IMG/VR virus record: IMGVR_UViG_3300025141_000127
Location: 1 to 54,089 of that record
Length of the DNA: 54,089 nucleotides
Reading direction: 5' to 3' (one strand)
Origin: a virus
Lineage: Duplodnaviria > Caudoviricetes
Positions 1 to 9,874 of this stretch are shown here, piece after piece. The notes below the pieces were generated by a model. It did not search any database, had not been told where the DNA came from, and saw only the letters and a program-made list of their open reading frames with translations. A program made the translations under genes and the position numbers. Numbering within the stretch: position 1 is the stretch's first letter; every line of letters starts with the position of its first letter.

Positions 1-141
1 GAGGGCTACGAAAGTGATATCGCGGAGGAAGGCGGCCTCGAGTTTATGCTCGGCGCGATGAATTACGAGGCGGCGGCGGAGGGCGTGGTGGCGCGCGGTG
101 CGGATGACCTTATGCGCATCGCCCCTACGACAGTTCAGGCC
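1..141. repeat. Terminal direct repeat, left copy (circular contig overlap)
   Basis: 1-141 matches 53949-54089 except at two positions (127 a/t, 138 g/t). Confidence 0.95.
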
Positions 142-3100
142 GCCCCGTACTGGCAGGCGTATTTGGACTGGCAGCGGCTGCACAAGGATAATATAGACGC
201 TGAGGGTAATCCTGACCTTGACCCGAAAGAGGGGCGACAAGCCTATGTCTTAAAGAGGGGGGCGGAAATCGCTCAAGACCCGGACCAGTTGGCTCTGGCG
301 TTAGCGAGCAACTACGACCCCGCCGGCAATATGATGGTCTATGGCGGACGGATTGCGTACCCAAATCTTCATGAGAGGAGCCCTATTCTGGCGGGCCTAC
401 TGAACGGCTCTCCGCGTCTTCTCCTCATGCTGATCGAGCCTGATGCGCTACAGGCGTCGTTCGCCTCGTTTGGCTTAGTCGGCTCTCTCGTAGGTTATGT
501 GGGTGGAAGGATTCCCAGAGCGGCAAGGCTTGCAGGGCGCATATCGAAGGCGGCCGGAAGAGTGGACGATGTGGTTCAGGGCGCTGATAGTGCGCAGGAG
601 GTCATGGATAAACTTAAAGCTCTCCAAGATGCTGACGCCACAGGTGCAACCACCTTTGTCTCCGGTCTGGTTGGAAGTGATACCGCGCGGCATATGAACG
701 GCAGGGGCGCGGACGACATCGCGGATGTCCTTGCCGCCGAGAACAGGGCTTTCGTGGAAGCGGGAAGGAAGGTTGAGGAGTCCGAGAAAGTGCTTAAAGG
801 TGCAATGGCTGACCTCAAGGATGCAAAGACGGCGGTGGAGAAGCAAGCCAGCGGCGTTCGTGCCGTCGAGGCAAACGTCGCGAAGAAAAGCGCGGAAGTA
901 GAAGAGGCTGTTGCAGAAATACAGGTAGCCCAGCGCGGGATCGATATTGTCTTAAAAGAAGATGTGGTCATAGATCAGGCGAAGACTTTCTCTGGGTGGT
1001 CGGAGTTTGACCCTGCGACCGTACTGGAGGGTGCTAAAGGGGGCAAGAGAGGTTTTAAGGGATTCGAGCCCGACAGCCCCTTCAACAACCCCGATATGTG
1101 GTTACCATCAACCTTTGCCCGCGCCGCCGATGGAGACCCCGGCGCGATAAAGATAATGAAGAGGAAACTCAACAAAGTCGCAGGCGAGCCCCCCTTCAAA
1201 CCAGCGGCGGCGAAGCGCGCCAAGCGTGCGAAGCTTCTGAAGGAGCAGGCCGAGAGGATCGAAAGTCTACGGAAGCTCCTTCGCAACTCTGACCTGAGTA
1301 CAGACCAGCAGACTATTAACCAGATCGTAGCGGCCGCAACAACCGAAGACGCGAACTTGGACACTATTGTCGCCGCCGCAGGTGAGTCATTTGCGAAGGT
1401 CGATGAAAAGTTGCGCGCGGCGGTAAACACTGTTGCGGATGCCGAGCGGAAGTTAGCGATTTCAGAGAGGCTGGCGGAGGTGCTCGCAGAGGGCGCGGCT
1501 CCGGGCGCTCTGCTTCGCGGGACAGGCCCTGCGCTTGAGCGGATGAAAGAAACCTCTGCTGCATTTCGCGCGGCGGCTGAAGTCGTGGCATCGTCGGAGG
1601 GTCAGCGTCTACTAAAAGACCTTGATCTCCACAAGGGTGGCCGCGATACAGCGGAGCTTCTTGAGGCCGAGCCCGAAAAAGTCGGACGGCTTCTGGAATT
1701 GGGGGCTGACGAGTCCGATGTTCTTGCAACCCTCGCGGCATCGGGAGATGGGGGCAGGCGCGTCGCCCTGTCCTTCCTAGTCTGGGCTAAGAGTGGCGAC
1801 GTACAACTGCGTGGTATGAAAAACATCAAGCAGTCCTTCAACAATATGAAGAAAAAGTATAGCCGTGATGGCACTCGGATGTTTTATAGGGATTACTTCA
1901 CGGACCCTCTCTTTCTGGTGCAGCAGAGCCTTGCTACGGTTGCCGACATTGTCCAAATGTCAGGATTAGCTTCGACTCGGGTCGGCGTGCTTGGCGGCCG
2001 CTTCGCGGCGAGGCTTCAGGAAATAGCGAATGGGCAGGCGCGAGAGACCGCCGCATGGTTTGGTGATTTGGGCATGATCGCCAAGCATTTTTCGGGGACC
2101 ACGGAAGCAGGTGCGCCCCTCGCCAAGGCCAAGGCTGTTGAGTTTATCGGTACGCAAAACCGAATCGAGCTTGGCGGGCCTCAAAAGGGCACCCGCGTCA
2201 ACAGTAATGAGCTTGGCGGCGACATCAACGACAACATCATGAACATCGCTATCGAGGGCTGGGCAGGCGTAGGGAAGACATTTGTCAAGACGAATAAGGG
2301 AGTGGACCTGACCGAGCACTACCTTGAAAAATCCGAGAGCATGTATGCGTACATAACCTCGTTTGTCAGGGATAGGATTGATGGAGATCTTGTCCCTAGG
2401 GTCGGTTCTGCAACTGTCACGTTTGGACGCTGGCTCAACAAGCCCTCTAAGGCAAACAAAAAGCTTACCAACGCAGAGTACATCCTGCGAAAGCCTGACC
2501 CCGAAGAGAGAATGAGGCTGCTCGCTAACGGGGCGATAGATTCCCTGAAGAGGAATGGCGTGGGCCAGTTTACGCCCAAGTCACTAGATGATGTTCCCGG
2601 TGCTATCCTTGCTTTAGACAATAAAACCTTTGGCCTGATGCTCGATAACATCGTTGGGGGGGCGACAGAGTTTGAAGTTGCCAAGCGCTTCGCAAACTTC
2701 GCGGGCCCCAACATTGGGCTGCGCAACCTCCGCGCGATGTCGAGTTGGATCGGAGCGCCTGAAGCGGGGAAGAAGGGCAAGAGCATACTCCCAAATCGAG
2801 AAACGATTGAGGTCGGCGACCGTGTTGCGCTGCGCTCGGACATGGACCCCATCCGGCGCGTGCTGGCAGGGAAGCCGCTGGAGGGCAAGGGCTGGGATGC
2901 GGGACGCCCCTTCAAGACAACAGAGGGCGCAACTCGCGGCCCCCAGTTTGGACTGGGTGCGGTGGAGCGCACTGAAATGCCCATGACTCTCGAGGTGCTG
3001 AAGGTTGAGAAGAAGGGCGGGCGCACGGTCGTTACAGTAACGGATTGGACGGGGACAACATCGACCCACGCCCTTGATGAGGTGACGAGGTTGGGGGGAG

Positions 3101-5181
3101 AACTGAATACCCTTGACTTGATAGACGGGTATCTGACTTATGGCCTAAGTTTGATGAGGGATACAGGAATCACGGCAAGGAAGTGGTTCATGCCCCGCGA
3201 CAGGTATGTACAGTTCGTCCTGCACTCGTATGATGAGGCCGGTAATCCTCGGATCATCCCAAAGGTTGAGTTGGGCGCGTGGTCGCAAGAGTTAGCGAAC
3301 AACGCCAAGAAACTAGATGTCACCCTTTCAGAGAAAATGGCCAACAACCCCCTGTCCGACACCATGAGGCAAACCTTTAAGGGCGCGCTCAACTGGTGGA
3401 AACAGAGCGTGCTATTCGGCGTGAGCGGCCTGCGCTCTATCGCCTTCTTTCTAACCAACGCGCAGGGCGACTTTGAGCGTATGGCTATTCAGGTTGGCTA
3501 CATAAAAGCTGCACAGCTTTCGATGTATGGCTCGCTCGGCTGGATACCTGTGATCGGCCCAATGGTGCAGGATGTCGCGCGGGCTGGCACCGCTGCGGCG
3601 TCAAAGGCTGTCGGAAAGCTCGGGGTGCCGGAGCCGACGATCTTCGGCTCGCAATACAACCGAGTTTTGGACGATGTTATGAGCGGCGTCAACGAGACTC
3701 GCACATACCAGAACTCGAAGGGAAAGTCGTTCACTATCAACCCCCGAGAGTTTATGCGTGAGGCGCGAAGGGCGGGTGTCAACGAAGACTACCTTCGCTC
3801 GGAGTCTCTGCGTGAGTTGCGGATCGCTGCCGACCAGCAGTTCAGGGGGATGATCCCCGCCCTCGGCGCTTCACGAAAGGGCGTGAGTATCCCCCAACTC
3901 TATCGTGATTGGTTTGGCTTCTTGCGCACCACCGCCGCTGTTGCGACGCGCCGGCAGAAGCTGATGCTCTACATGGACCTTCGCTTCAATGAGGGAGCGG
4001 ATGTCTCTAAGGCAACCGACGCAATGAACCGCAGCGTCTTTGACTACACCCTAAGCTCTAGTCCGTTTGAGGCGGCCTACCTTACACAGTGGTCCGCCTT
4101 CTACATCTACAAGAAGAATGCACTTCTAAACGATGCGGCCAACTTTCTTAGTTTTGACCGCACTCTCGCGCGGCACATCACCAACAGATTGGTGTTTGGC
4201 ACGCGCTACAAGAGAGCGCGCGCGCTCTTCCATTTTGAAACCATCATGCGTCCGCGCGAAGAGTATTCTCGGGATCAGATGATGGCCCTGACCGAAGCGG
4301 AGCACCCCCTTGAAAACCGCCCCGGTATCTTTAAGACCCCGGAGTACATGAGCGATGTGCTGATCACCCAGAGGGGCGCGCTATCGCTGGACCAACAGCG
4401 ACGGCAGGTGGACTTGGGCGCGACGCCGACAGTCTTCACTATCGGCCACGGATCCCCGTGGGCTGTGGCGCAAAACATGAACACCTTTGCCCTGATGCAA
4501 AAAACCCTCATAGGTAGCCTCGCGGCCGCATTCGTGGCCGACCTCCACCCCAACTCGACACAGATGAAGCGGGACTTGACCTCGTCGTTCCTCGACAACC
4601 TATTCCCAACGCACCAATCGATTGTCGGTGACAGTGTGCGTCGGATATTCGGTGTTCCTGTCCCCCACAGAAAGGACAGGCGAACCTTGAAAGATAACGA
4701 GGTAAAATTTATAAAGGCGGCGGGGTTGGACTTCCTTCTGGAAGAGGAGAAGGGCAGGTACGTCTCAAGCAATGCTGTTATAAACAACGGTATATTTGAC
4801 CCAGTCGCGTGGGCGGGCAAAGAAACAGAGTATGCAGGACTTCTGGGCACAACAATTTTTGGGGAAATGCCGGTTATCACACCAGAAGAAATCAAAGTCA
4901 AACAAGAAGTCTACAAACCACGGTTCCCCTTTAAGATCAAAGAACTGGGCATCGACTTCAATAAGTATAAGGATCTAGGCCCTGCTGGTATTCGCTTGGC
5001 GGCGGCTGATGAGTTAACAAAAGCCATGTACATTAACTTATTCAATGCCACCCGAGATACAAGCTGGACCGTGCAGCAGGCCAAGAGGGCACATGAGACC
5101 CGCATGGAGAGGGCGGGACGCAAAAGTTCTGCGGCCGAGAAAGAATACGCGAGGCAGAAAAGCCAAGAGGAAGAAGAATAA
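1..5181 (+). CDS. Giant virion/ejection (internal core) protein, 3' part; starts at 52593 and crosses the circular join (~2178 aa in total)
   Basis: Frame open from position 1 and in frame with the ORF starting at 52593; Ala/Lys/Glu-rich helical sequence; lies after the tail genes as in podoviruses. Confidence 0.7.
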   Translation, partial: EGYESDIAEEGGLEFMLGAMNYEAAAEGVVARGADDLMRIAPTTVQAAPYWQAYLDWQRLHKDNIDAEGNPDLDPKEGRQAYVLKRGAEIAQDPDQLALALASNYDPAGNMMVYGGRIAYPNLHERSPILAGLLNGSPRLLLMLIEPDALQASFASFGLVGSLVGYVGGRIPRAARLAGRISKAAGRVDDVVQGADSAQEVMDKLKALQDADATGATTFVSGLVGSDTARHMNGRGADDIADVLAAENRAFVEAGRKVEESEKVLKGAMADLKDAKTAVEKQASGVRAVEANVAKKSAEVEEAVAEIQVAQRGIDIVLKEDVVIDQAKTFSGWSEFDPATVLEGAKGGKRGFKGFEPDSPFNNPDMWLPSTFARAADGDPGAIKIMKRKLNKVAGEPPFKPAAAKRAKRAKLLKEQAERIESLRKLLRNSDLSTDQQTINQIVAAATTEDANLDTIVAAAGESFAKVDEKLRAAVNTVADAERKLAISERLAEVLAEGAAPGALLRGTGPALERMKETSAAFRAAAEVVASSEGQRLLKDLDLHKGGRDTAELLEAEPEKVGRLLELGADESDVLATLAASGDGGRRVALSFLVWAKSGDVQLRGMKNIKQSFNNMKKKYSRDGTRMFYRDYFTDPLFLVQQSLATVADIVQMSGLASTRVGVLGGRFAARLQEIANGQARETAAWFGDLGMIAKHFSGTTEAGAPLAKAKAVEFIGTQNRIELGGPQKGTRVNSNELGGDINDNIMNIAIEGWAGVGKTFVKTNKGVDLTEHYLEKSESMYAYITSFVRDRIDGDLVPRVGSATVTFGRWLNKPSKANKKLTNAEYILRKPDPEERMRLLANGAIDSLKRNGVGQFTPKSLDDVPGAILALDNKTFGLMLDNIVGGATEFEVAKRFANFAGPNIGLRNLRAMSSWIGAPEAGKKGKSILPNRETIEVGDRVALRSDMDPIRRVLAGKPLEGKGWDAGRPFKTTEGATRGPQFGLGAVERTEMPMTLEVLKVEKKGGRTVVTVTDWTGTTSTHALDEVTRLGGELNTLDLIDGYLTYGLSLMRDTGITARKWFMPRDRYVQFVLHSYDEAGNPRIIPKVELGAWSQELANNAKKLDVTLSEKMANNPLSDTMRQTFKGALNWWKQSVLFGVSGLRSIAFFLTNAQGDFERMAIQVGYIKAAQLSMYGSLGWIPVIGPMVQDVARAGTAAASKAVGKLGVPEPTIFGSQYNRVLDDVMSGVNETRTYQNSKGKSFTINPREFMREARRAGVNEDYLRSESLRELRIAADQQFRGMIPALGASRKGVSIPQLYRDWFGFLRTTAAVATRRQKLMLYMDLRFNEGADVSKATDAMNRSVFDYTLSSSPFEAAYLTQWSAFYIYKKNALLNDAANFLSFDRTLARHITNRLVFGTRYKRARALFHFETIMRPREEYSRDQMMALTEAEHPLENRPGIFKTPEYMSDVLITQRGALSLDQQRRQVDLGATPTVFTIGHGSPWAVAQNMNTFALMQKTLIGSLAAAFVADLHPNSTQMKRDLTSSFLDNLFPTHQSIVGDSVRRIFGVPVPHRKDRRTLKDNEVKFIKAAGLDFLLEEEKGRYVSSNAVINNGIFDPVAWAGKETEYAGLLGTTIFGEMPVITPEEIKVKQEVYKPRFPFKIKELGIDFNKYKDLGPAGIRLAAADELTKAMYINLFNATRDTSWTVQQAKRAHETRMERAGRKSSAAEKEYARQKSQEEEE

Positions 5182-5486
5182 TGTCTGATCTAGACCACCG
5201 GGTGACGGCCTTAGAAGATCAGATTGTAGGCATCCGAGAGACTCTCGCTATTGTACAGAACGAGCAGAAGCACTCGGGGAAGACCCTCGACCGCATCGAG
5301 GCGCAGCTTATAGAGATGTGCAGGAGTAATCAATCAAACTGGGCGGCCGCGTTCAAGAATCCCCAGACACTGCTGCTCGGGCTAATTATTCTTGGCGGAC
5401 TCTTGGGACATGACACTATGCAGCTTGCAACGATGACAATGAATCCCGCCGCATCCTCACCTGCGGCCCTTGACATAGCACCTTAA
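5181..5486 (+). CDS. Coiled-coil protein with one transmembrane segment, possible holin/lysis accessory
   Basis: N-terminal heptad pattern (RVTALEDQIVGIRETL), then hydrophobic LLLGLIILGGLLG; overlaps upstream stop (TAATG). Confidence 0.5.
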   Translation: MSDLDHRVTALEDQIVGIRETLAIVQNEQKHSGKTLDRIEAQLIEMCRSNQSNWAAAFKNPQTLLLGLIILGGLLGHDTMQLATMTMNPAASSPAALDIAP

Positions 5487-5543
5487 AGCTAATATCAATC
5501 AAATAGGCCAAGGGCCTGATTAAAGTCTATAGGAGACATTCGC

Positions 5544-6002
5544 ATGGGTAATTTGAAGCAAAGATTAATCAAGGCCGGCCGTGACTTCAATTACGCCGAA
5601 GGCGTCAAAGTCCTCAACAACGACACCGTGAACGCACTGCCCGCAGGCACCATTCTCTGCGGCGTGGGCGCTTCGGGCCCCTTCCTGAAGGTGGGCAAGG
5701 CAGTTGCAACTGCCTTGGCGACTACTCGGGGACGGCTCTTGATCGCCAAGCATGAGATTCCTGCCGGCGGGTACGGTGTCGCGCTGCCTTGGCAGATCGT
5801 GACCTTCAACACTGCCGCAGGCTCGGTTGGTGACCCTGTGTACGTTTCTGATACCGCCGCAGGCGAGATGACCCTGACGGTGCCCGATACGAGCGGCGAT
5901 GTGATCCGAGAGATTGGCACCGTAGTGGTGGATGGCGATGCAACCACTGGCAAGGTCCACTTCTCCGGGGAAGGCCTCCAAAACTTGGTCGTCGTCGCAT
6001 AG
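5544..6002 (+). CDS. Capsid decoration/cement-like protein, paralog of 45984-46484
   Basis: AGGAGA RBS; IAKHEIPAGGYG resembles VAQHVIAVNSYG of the gene after the capsid; GDPVYVSD motif. Confidence 0.55.
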   Translation: MGNLKQRLIKAGRDFNYAEGVKVLNNDTVNALPAGTILCGVGASGPFLKVGKAVATALATTRGRLLIAKHEIPAGGYGVALPWQIVTFNTAAGSVGDPVYVSDTAAGEMTLTVPDTSGDVIREIGTVVVDGDATTGKVHFSGEGLQNLVVVA

Positions 6003-6013
6003 TAGGAGGCTGA

Positions 6014-6583
6014 ATGCCACGCTCAGTTTCAGCTTCTAGGATTCAGGTCAAAGCGAGCTTTACACCTTCGGAGATGCCTTCAAGTGCCAACGATAGTGTG
6101 ACGTTGGCCCTCACCGTGCCTACTCGCGGGCTGATCACCCGTGCGGTGCTCGTTCTTACTGATGGTAGCACAATTGGCACCAGCACCAACCAAGACGTTA
6201 TGTTTGTCCACACCGACGCTGCCGGTGGCGCGGGCGAGGATACACTTACTGCGGCAGATGTTTCTAGTATTATTGCCTCATTCCCACTAGCATTCCTCAG
6301 CATCAACAGCCTCGGCGGTGACTTGTTGTTTGCGGATACGATTTATGCGGTGTCCTTCTCGTTGGCGCAGGCGCAGGCCAACCACGCCGGTACTTTGACG
6401 ACCGCTGGTAGGGATGCCTTCGCTGACGGCGGCAACGCTATCTTCTACGATGTGAGTGGAACGACAAAAGGCCCTGTGGCGGGCAACGGTACGTTGTACT
6501 TCTCCCTGATTGGTGATGGCAACTTTGACTACACCGCCATGTCTTCGGCGTACGTGATTGTAGACATCGAGCCCTGCACATAG
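6014..6583 (+). CDS. Hypothetical virion protein (beta-rich)
   Basis: AGGAGG RBS, 189 aa, Thr/Ser/Ala-rich. Confidence 0.55.
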   Translation: MPRSVSASRIQVKASFTPSEMPSSANDSVTLALTVPTRGLITRAVLVLTDGSTIGTSTNQDVMFVHTDAAGGAGEDTLTAADVSSIIASFPLAFLSINSLGGDLLFADTIYAVSFSLAQAQANHAGTLTTAGRDAFADGGNAIFYDVSGTTKGPVAGNGTLYFSLIGDGNFDYTAMSSAYVIVDIEPCT

Positions 6584-6595
6584 ACCGGAGTCCTC

Positions 6596-7195
6596 ATGGC
6601 AGACGGTGACGACTGGGGACAGATTGGCGCTGGGGTAGGAACGGGTGCCCTGAGCGGGGCAGGTACGGGTGCCGGCGTAGGTGCCGCCGCGATGGCTCCG
6701 GTGCCCCCTCTCATCCCTCTAGGGGCACTGTTGGGTGCAATTATTGGAGGGGTTGGAGGTGGCATCGCAGGAGGGATCTCGGCGCACGCAGAGAACCTTG
6801 CCGACGACATCCCGAGGAGTGAGGGAGGCGGGAAATGCCCCGAGGGCTATGTCTACAACCCGGCTACAAAATCCTGCCAGCCAACAGGAAGTACAGCCAA
6901 GGCCGTTTCTACCCTGCGAGGAGTAAAGGACAAAGAAGGCAAGAGCATCTTTGACGAGGCGGCCAAGAAGCTTGTGACCAAAAAGCCAAAGGCAGGTGAT
7001 GCGGCGGCGACAGCGGCGACAGCCAACCAGCGAGGGCAGAAGACGGGCGGAACTGTTGATCCGAAATTGGCTGCCTCACTTCTTGCTGTGAGTAAAAGCG
7101 TGGCCCCAAGCAAGAAAAAAGATAAGCGGCCCGAGGAGGAGGAGGAGGAGGAGCATCCGTATTACAGTCAAGCGGTTGGGCAGAAGATCAACTAG
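6596..7195 (+). CDS. Glycine-zipper membrane protein with small Cys motif
   Basis: GAGVGTGALSGAG...GAIIGGVGGGIAGG; CPEGYVYNPATKSC; poly-Glu tail. Confidence 0.55.
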   Translation: MADGDDWGQIGAGVGTGALSGAGTGAGVGAAAMAPVPPLIPLGALLGAIIGGVGGGIAGGISAHAENLADDIPRSEGGGKCPEGYVYNPATKSCQPTGSTAKAVSTLRGVKDKEGKSIFDEAAKKLVTKKPKAGDAAATAATANQRGQKTGGTVDPKLAASLLAVSKSVAPSKKKDKRPEEEEEEEHPYYSQAVGQKIN

Positions 7196-8368
7196 ATGGA
7201 AGAAGTCACCATAAGCGCGCAGGGGCAGCGTGTTAAGACATTGAAGCAGTTGCTGAAGCACGCTAACGTGGACACCAAGAAGTGGCGCGTCTCATCGTGG
7301 CGCTGCAACTCATGGGAGCAGAGCGTCAAGGGCGGCGAAGAGACGATCACCCTGTACCAAGTCAAGGCCAACCTAGAGCGCAAGCTTGAGCCTGACCGTA
7401 AGCCAGCGCACCCAGCAAGGACGATCCCCCGCATCGAGAGTATGCCGGGCCGTGTCTGCGGACTGCGCACTACACTCTTTATCCCAGATTTGCAGTTAGG
7501 ATTTTGCTGGCGGGACAGGTACACATATCTCGAGCCCATGCACGACCGGGTTGCGATGGACGCCGTCATGTCGTTAGTGAAGAGCATGCGCCCCGAAAAC
7601 GTAGTTTTGCTGGGGGATATGCTCGACCTTGCCCCGTGGAGCACACGCTTTCCTCGCAAGCCAGAGTACAGGCAGACGACGCAGCCAAGTATTGACGAGC
7701 TACACTGGTGGCTCGCTGACCTACGCGGCGCATCTCCCGCCAGTAAGATAGTCTACATGGCTGGAAATCATGAGGCGCGGGTCGATCGGGCGGTTGTTGA
7801 GTTACTACCGGAAGCTTCGGGTATCGCGCCAGCCTTGGAGACAGACCCGGTGCTAAGTCTCAACCGCCTGCTGCATCTCGACAAGTTAGACATCGAGTAC
7901 ATCGGCCCCTATGGTGCGGACTGGTGGCTGTGGCCAGAGTCCAACTCCCCCGTCCGGGTGACCCACGGAAACAAAATCAGGTCAGGGGCGGGAAGTACGG
8001 CTACAGCGATAGCCAAAAGCTCTCGGTGGTCCGAGGTGTACGGCCACATCCACAAGGTTGAGATGGTACAGAAAACCTTCCACGGTCCCTCTGGGCCCCA
8101 GACCGTCACGGCAATGAGCCCCGGATGTTTGGTCAGAGTGCCGGGTCCGACGCCCGGAGTTTCTTTAGCTCCTGACTGGCAACAGGCGGTGGGATTAGCT
8201 ATACTTGACGAGAACACGAATGATGTTCATATTCAGTTACTTCCAATCACTAATGGCCGGATCGTATGGGATGGCCAAGTCTTTGAGGGACAAGATCCCT
8301 TCGAGCGAATCGCATTTGAAACCGGCTGGCGTCAGTTTATCGGAGAAAAGCATGGGCAAGAAAGGTAA
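7196..8368 (+). CDS. Calcineurin-like metallophosphoesterase
   Basis: Motifs PDLQLG, LGDMLD, GNHE, THG, GHIH in canonical order. Confidence 0.85.
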   Translation: MEEVTISAQGQRVKTLKQLLKHANVDTKKWRVSSWRCNSWEQSVKGGEETITLYQVKANLERKLEPDRKPAHPARTIPRIESMPGRVCGLRTTLFIPDLQLGFCWRDRYTYLEPMHDRVAMDAVMSLVKSMRPENVVLLGDMLDLAPWSTRFPRKPEYRQTTQPSIDELHWWLADLRGASPASKIVYMAGNHEARVDRAVVELLPEASGIAPALETDPVLSLNRLLHLDKLDIEYIGPYGADWWLWPESNSPVRVTHGNKIRSGAGSTATAIAKSSRWSEVYGHIHKVEMVQKTFHGPSGPQTVTAMSPGCLVRVPGPTPGVSLAPDWQQAVGLAILDENTNDVHIQLLPITNGRIVWDGQVFEGQDPFERIAFETGWRQFIGEKHGQER

Positions 8369-8534
8369 GAAGGGCTTCAACATCTTCGCGCTGGCTTCGC
8401 GCATCCTTCGGGTTGGTCGGGAGATCACAGGTGCGCTGTCTGATGATGGCAAGATCAGCAACTCTGAACGAGACGTGATCATCGCAGTGCTTTTGGAAGA
8501 AATTAGTTCATACCTTGATGAGATCATGGGGTAA
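8352..8534 (+). CDS. Small hypothetical protein (60 aa)
   Basis: GGAG RBS before ATG at 8352; amphipathic N-terminus; DDGKISNSE. Confidence 0.55.
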   Translation: MGKKGKKGFNIFALASRILRVGREITGALSDDGKISNSERDVIIAVLLEEISSYLDEIMG

Positions 8535-8537
8535 CGC

Positions 8538-8915
8538 ATGGCCGCTACAGTAAATAAACAGTCTACTCGGGTAGACTACAGCCAGCTTGTAGACTCGTTG
8601 ACCACTACCGCTGCGGTAAGTGATGCCTTCGGCGCGGGCGGAAAGCTCTACTTCCTGTACGTTACGAGCAGCGGCGGGGCGTCATCGGGCAGCTTCGACT
8701 ACCTGAAGCTCTTCGACACCAAGGAGCAGGTCACGATCGGCACAACGCTGCCAGACCTCATCTTCCCAATCACCTACGGGGCCACGGAGATCTTCCACTT
8801 CCCCAACGGGCTGACGATTTCAAACGGCTTAGGGTACAACGCGAGCAGCGTCGGGGGCACTGCCGCCGGAAGCAGTCCTGCGCGTACCATAGCTATCCAG
8901 ATGGTTTTTAAGTGA
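8538..8915 (+). CDS. Small beta-sandwich virion protein, paralog 1
   Basis: YLKLFD...GTTLPDLIFP...FHFPNG resembles the next gene. Confidence 0.6.
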   Translation: MAATVNKQSTRVDYSQLVDSLTTTAAVSDAFGAGGKLYFLYVTSSGGASSGSFDYLKLFDTKEQVTIGTTLPDLIFPITYGATEIFHFPNGLTISNGLGYNASSVGGTAAGSSPARTIAIQMVFK

Positions 8916-8923
8916 GGTAACTG

Positions 8924-9298
8924 ATGGCGCAGATTCAACCCCTTCTTGATCCTATCGGCGGCAGCGTATACACCGCGACGATCTCCAACGCGAGCGCCGT
9001 GAACAACCCGCTGTCAGACACCGCCGTGACTGCCTACCAGATTGAGGTAGACAACACTGCCAACAGCGCGGTTACCTACCTCAAGGTGTACAACGCAGCA
9101 TCGCCAGCCCACGGCACCAACGAACCGATCATGGCCCTCAAGGCAGAGGCATCGACGAAGCAGCACTTCATGTTCCCAGCGGGCACGGAGATTGGCTACT
9201 TCTCGTACATCGTGACGACTACGCAGGCCAACACGGGCACCCCAGCGGCAACATCAAGCGCCGTTGACATCGCCCTGCTGTACGGCTCATCCCCGTAG
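8924..9298 (+). CDS. Small beta-sandwich virion protein, paralog 2
   Basis: YLKVYN...GTNEPIMALK...FMFPAG; GAGG RBS. Confidence 0.6.
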   Translation: MAQIQPLLDPIGGSVYTATISNASAVNNPLSDTAVTAYQIEVDNTANSAVTYLKVYNAASPAHGTNEPIMALKAEASTKQHFMFPAGTEIGYFSYIVTTTQANTGTPAATSSAVDIALLYGSSP

Positions 9299-9874
9299 TC
9301 TGACGCAGCGGAACTCGGCGTCGCCGAGGATCTCTTCCTCGGTGCCTGACCACTCCGAAGGCAGAATGTCGAAGCTATCCACATCTCCAATCTTGCAGAT
9401 GTTGCGCCAGATCACACCCGACATCGACGATAGAGACGTGGCCTCGAGAACTAGAAGCAGGTCTCCACGCTTCAGCGCGAGGAAAGAGTGGCCGCGCTCC
9501 CAAGGCTTCTCCCACTTCTGATAGAGATACCACCCGTTGCCTCGGCCTTGGGTAGTGATGCCAAGCTCGTCGGCTGTGGTCAGGGGACCGTACAGGTCAT
9601 CTCTGCCCCACATCTGCCACTTCTTATACCGCTCAAAGCCCCAGTCTGCTTTGGGATAGACTGCCGATAGCAACCCATAGGTGAAGGTGGAGCAATCGAT
9701 CTCCCTCGTCCCCGTGCGGATCAGCGTGTGCGGGATGCCGGGGATGTGAGGTGGGTAGTCCACCTTGTGGCCATACTTATAGCCCCACCACACCGGCAGG
9801 GCCTGAAGGATTCGAGCGCGAAGACGGGTACTCCCAACCTCCGCAGGATGTAAACCAACGGGACAAACTTTCAT
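9287..9874 (-). CDS. NlpC/P60-like cysteine peptidase/amidase, possible endolysin
   Basis: IDCSTF catalytic-Cys motif, upstream YKYG, downstream GHSF; TGATG coupling to upstream gene. Confidence 0.6.
   Translation of the reverse strand: MKVCPVGLHPAEVGSTRLRARILQALPVWWGYKYGHKVDYPPHIPGIPHTLIRTGTREIDCSTFTYGLLSAVYPKADWGFERYKKWQMWGRDDLYGPLTTADELGITTQGRGNGWYLYQKWEKPWERGHSFLALKRGDLLLVLEATSLSSMSGVIWRNICKIGDVDSFDILPSEWSGTEEEILGDAEFRCVRLRG

Noticed and set aside
1-141. Biological terminal repeat
   Set aside because: Falls mid-gene and its length suggests assembly overlap rather than a packaged DTR
7133-7153. (GAG)7 microsatellite
   Set aside because: In-frame poly-Glu tract; no regulatory evidence
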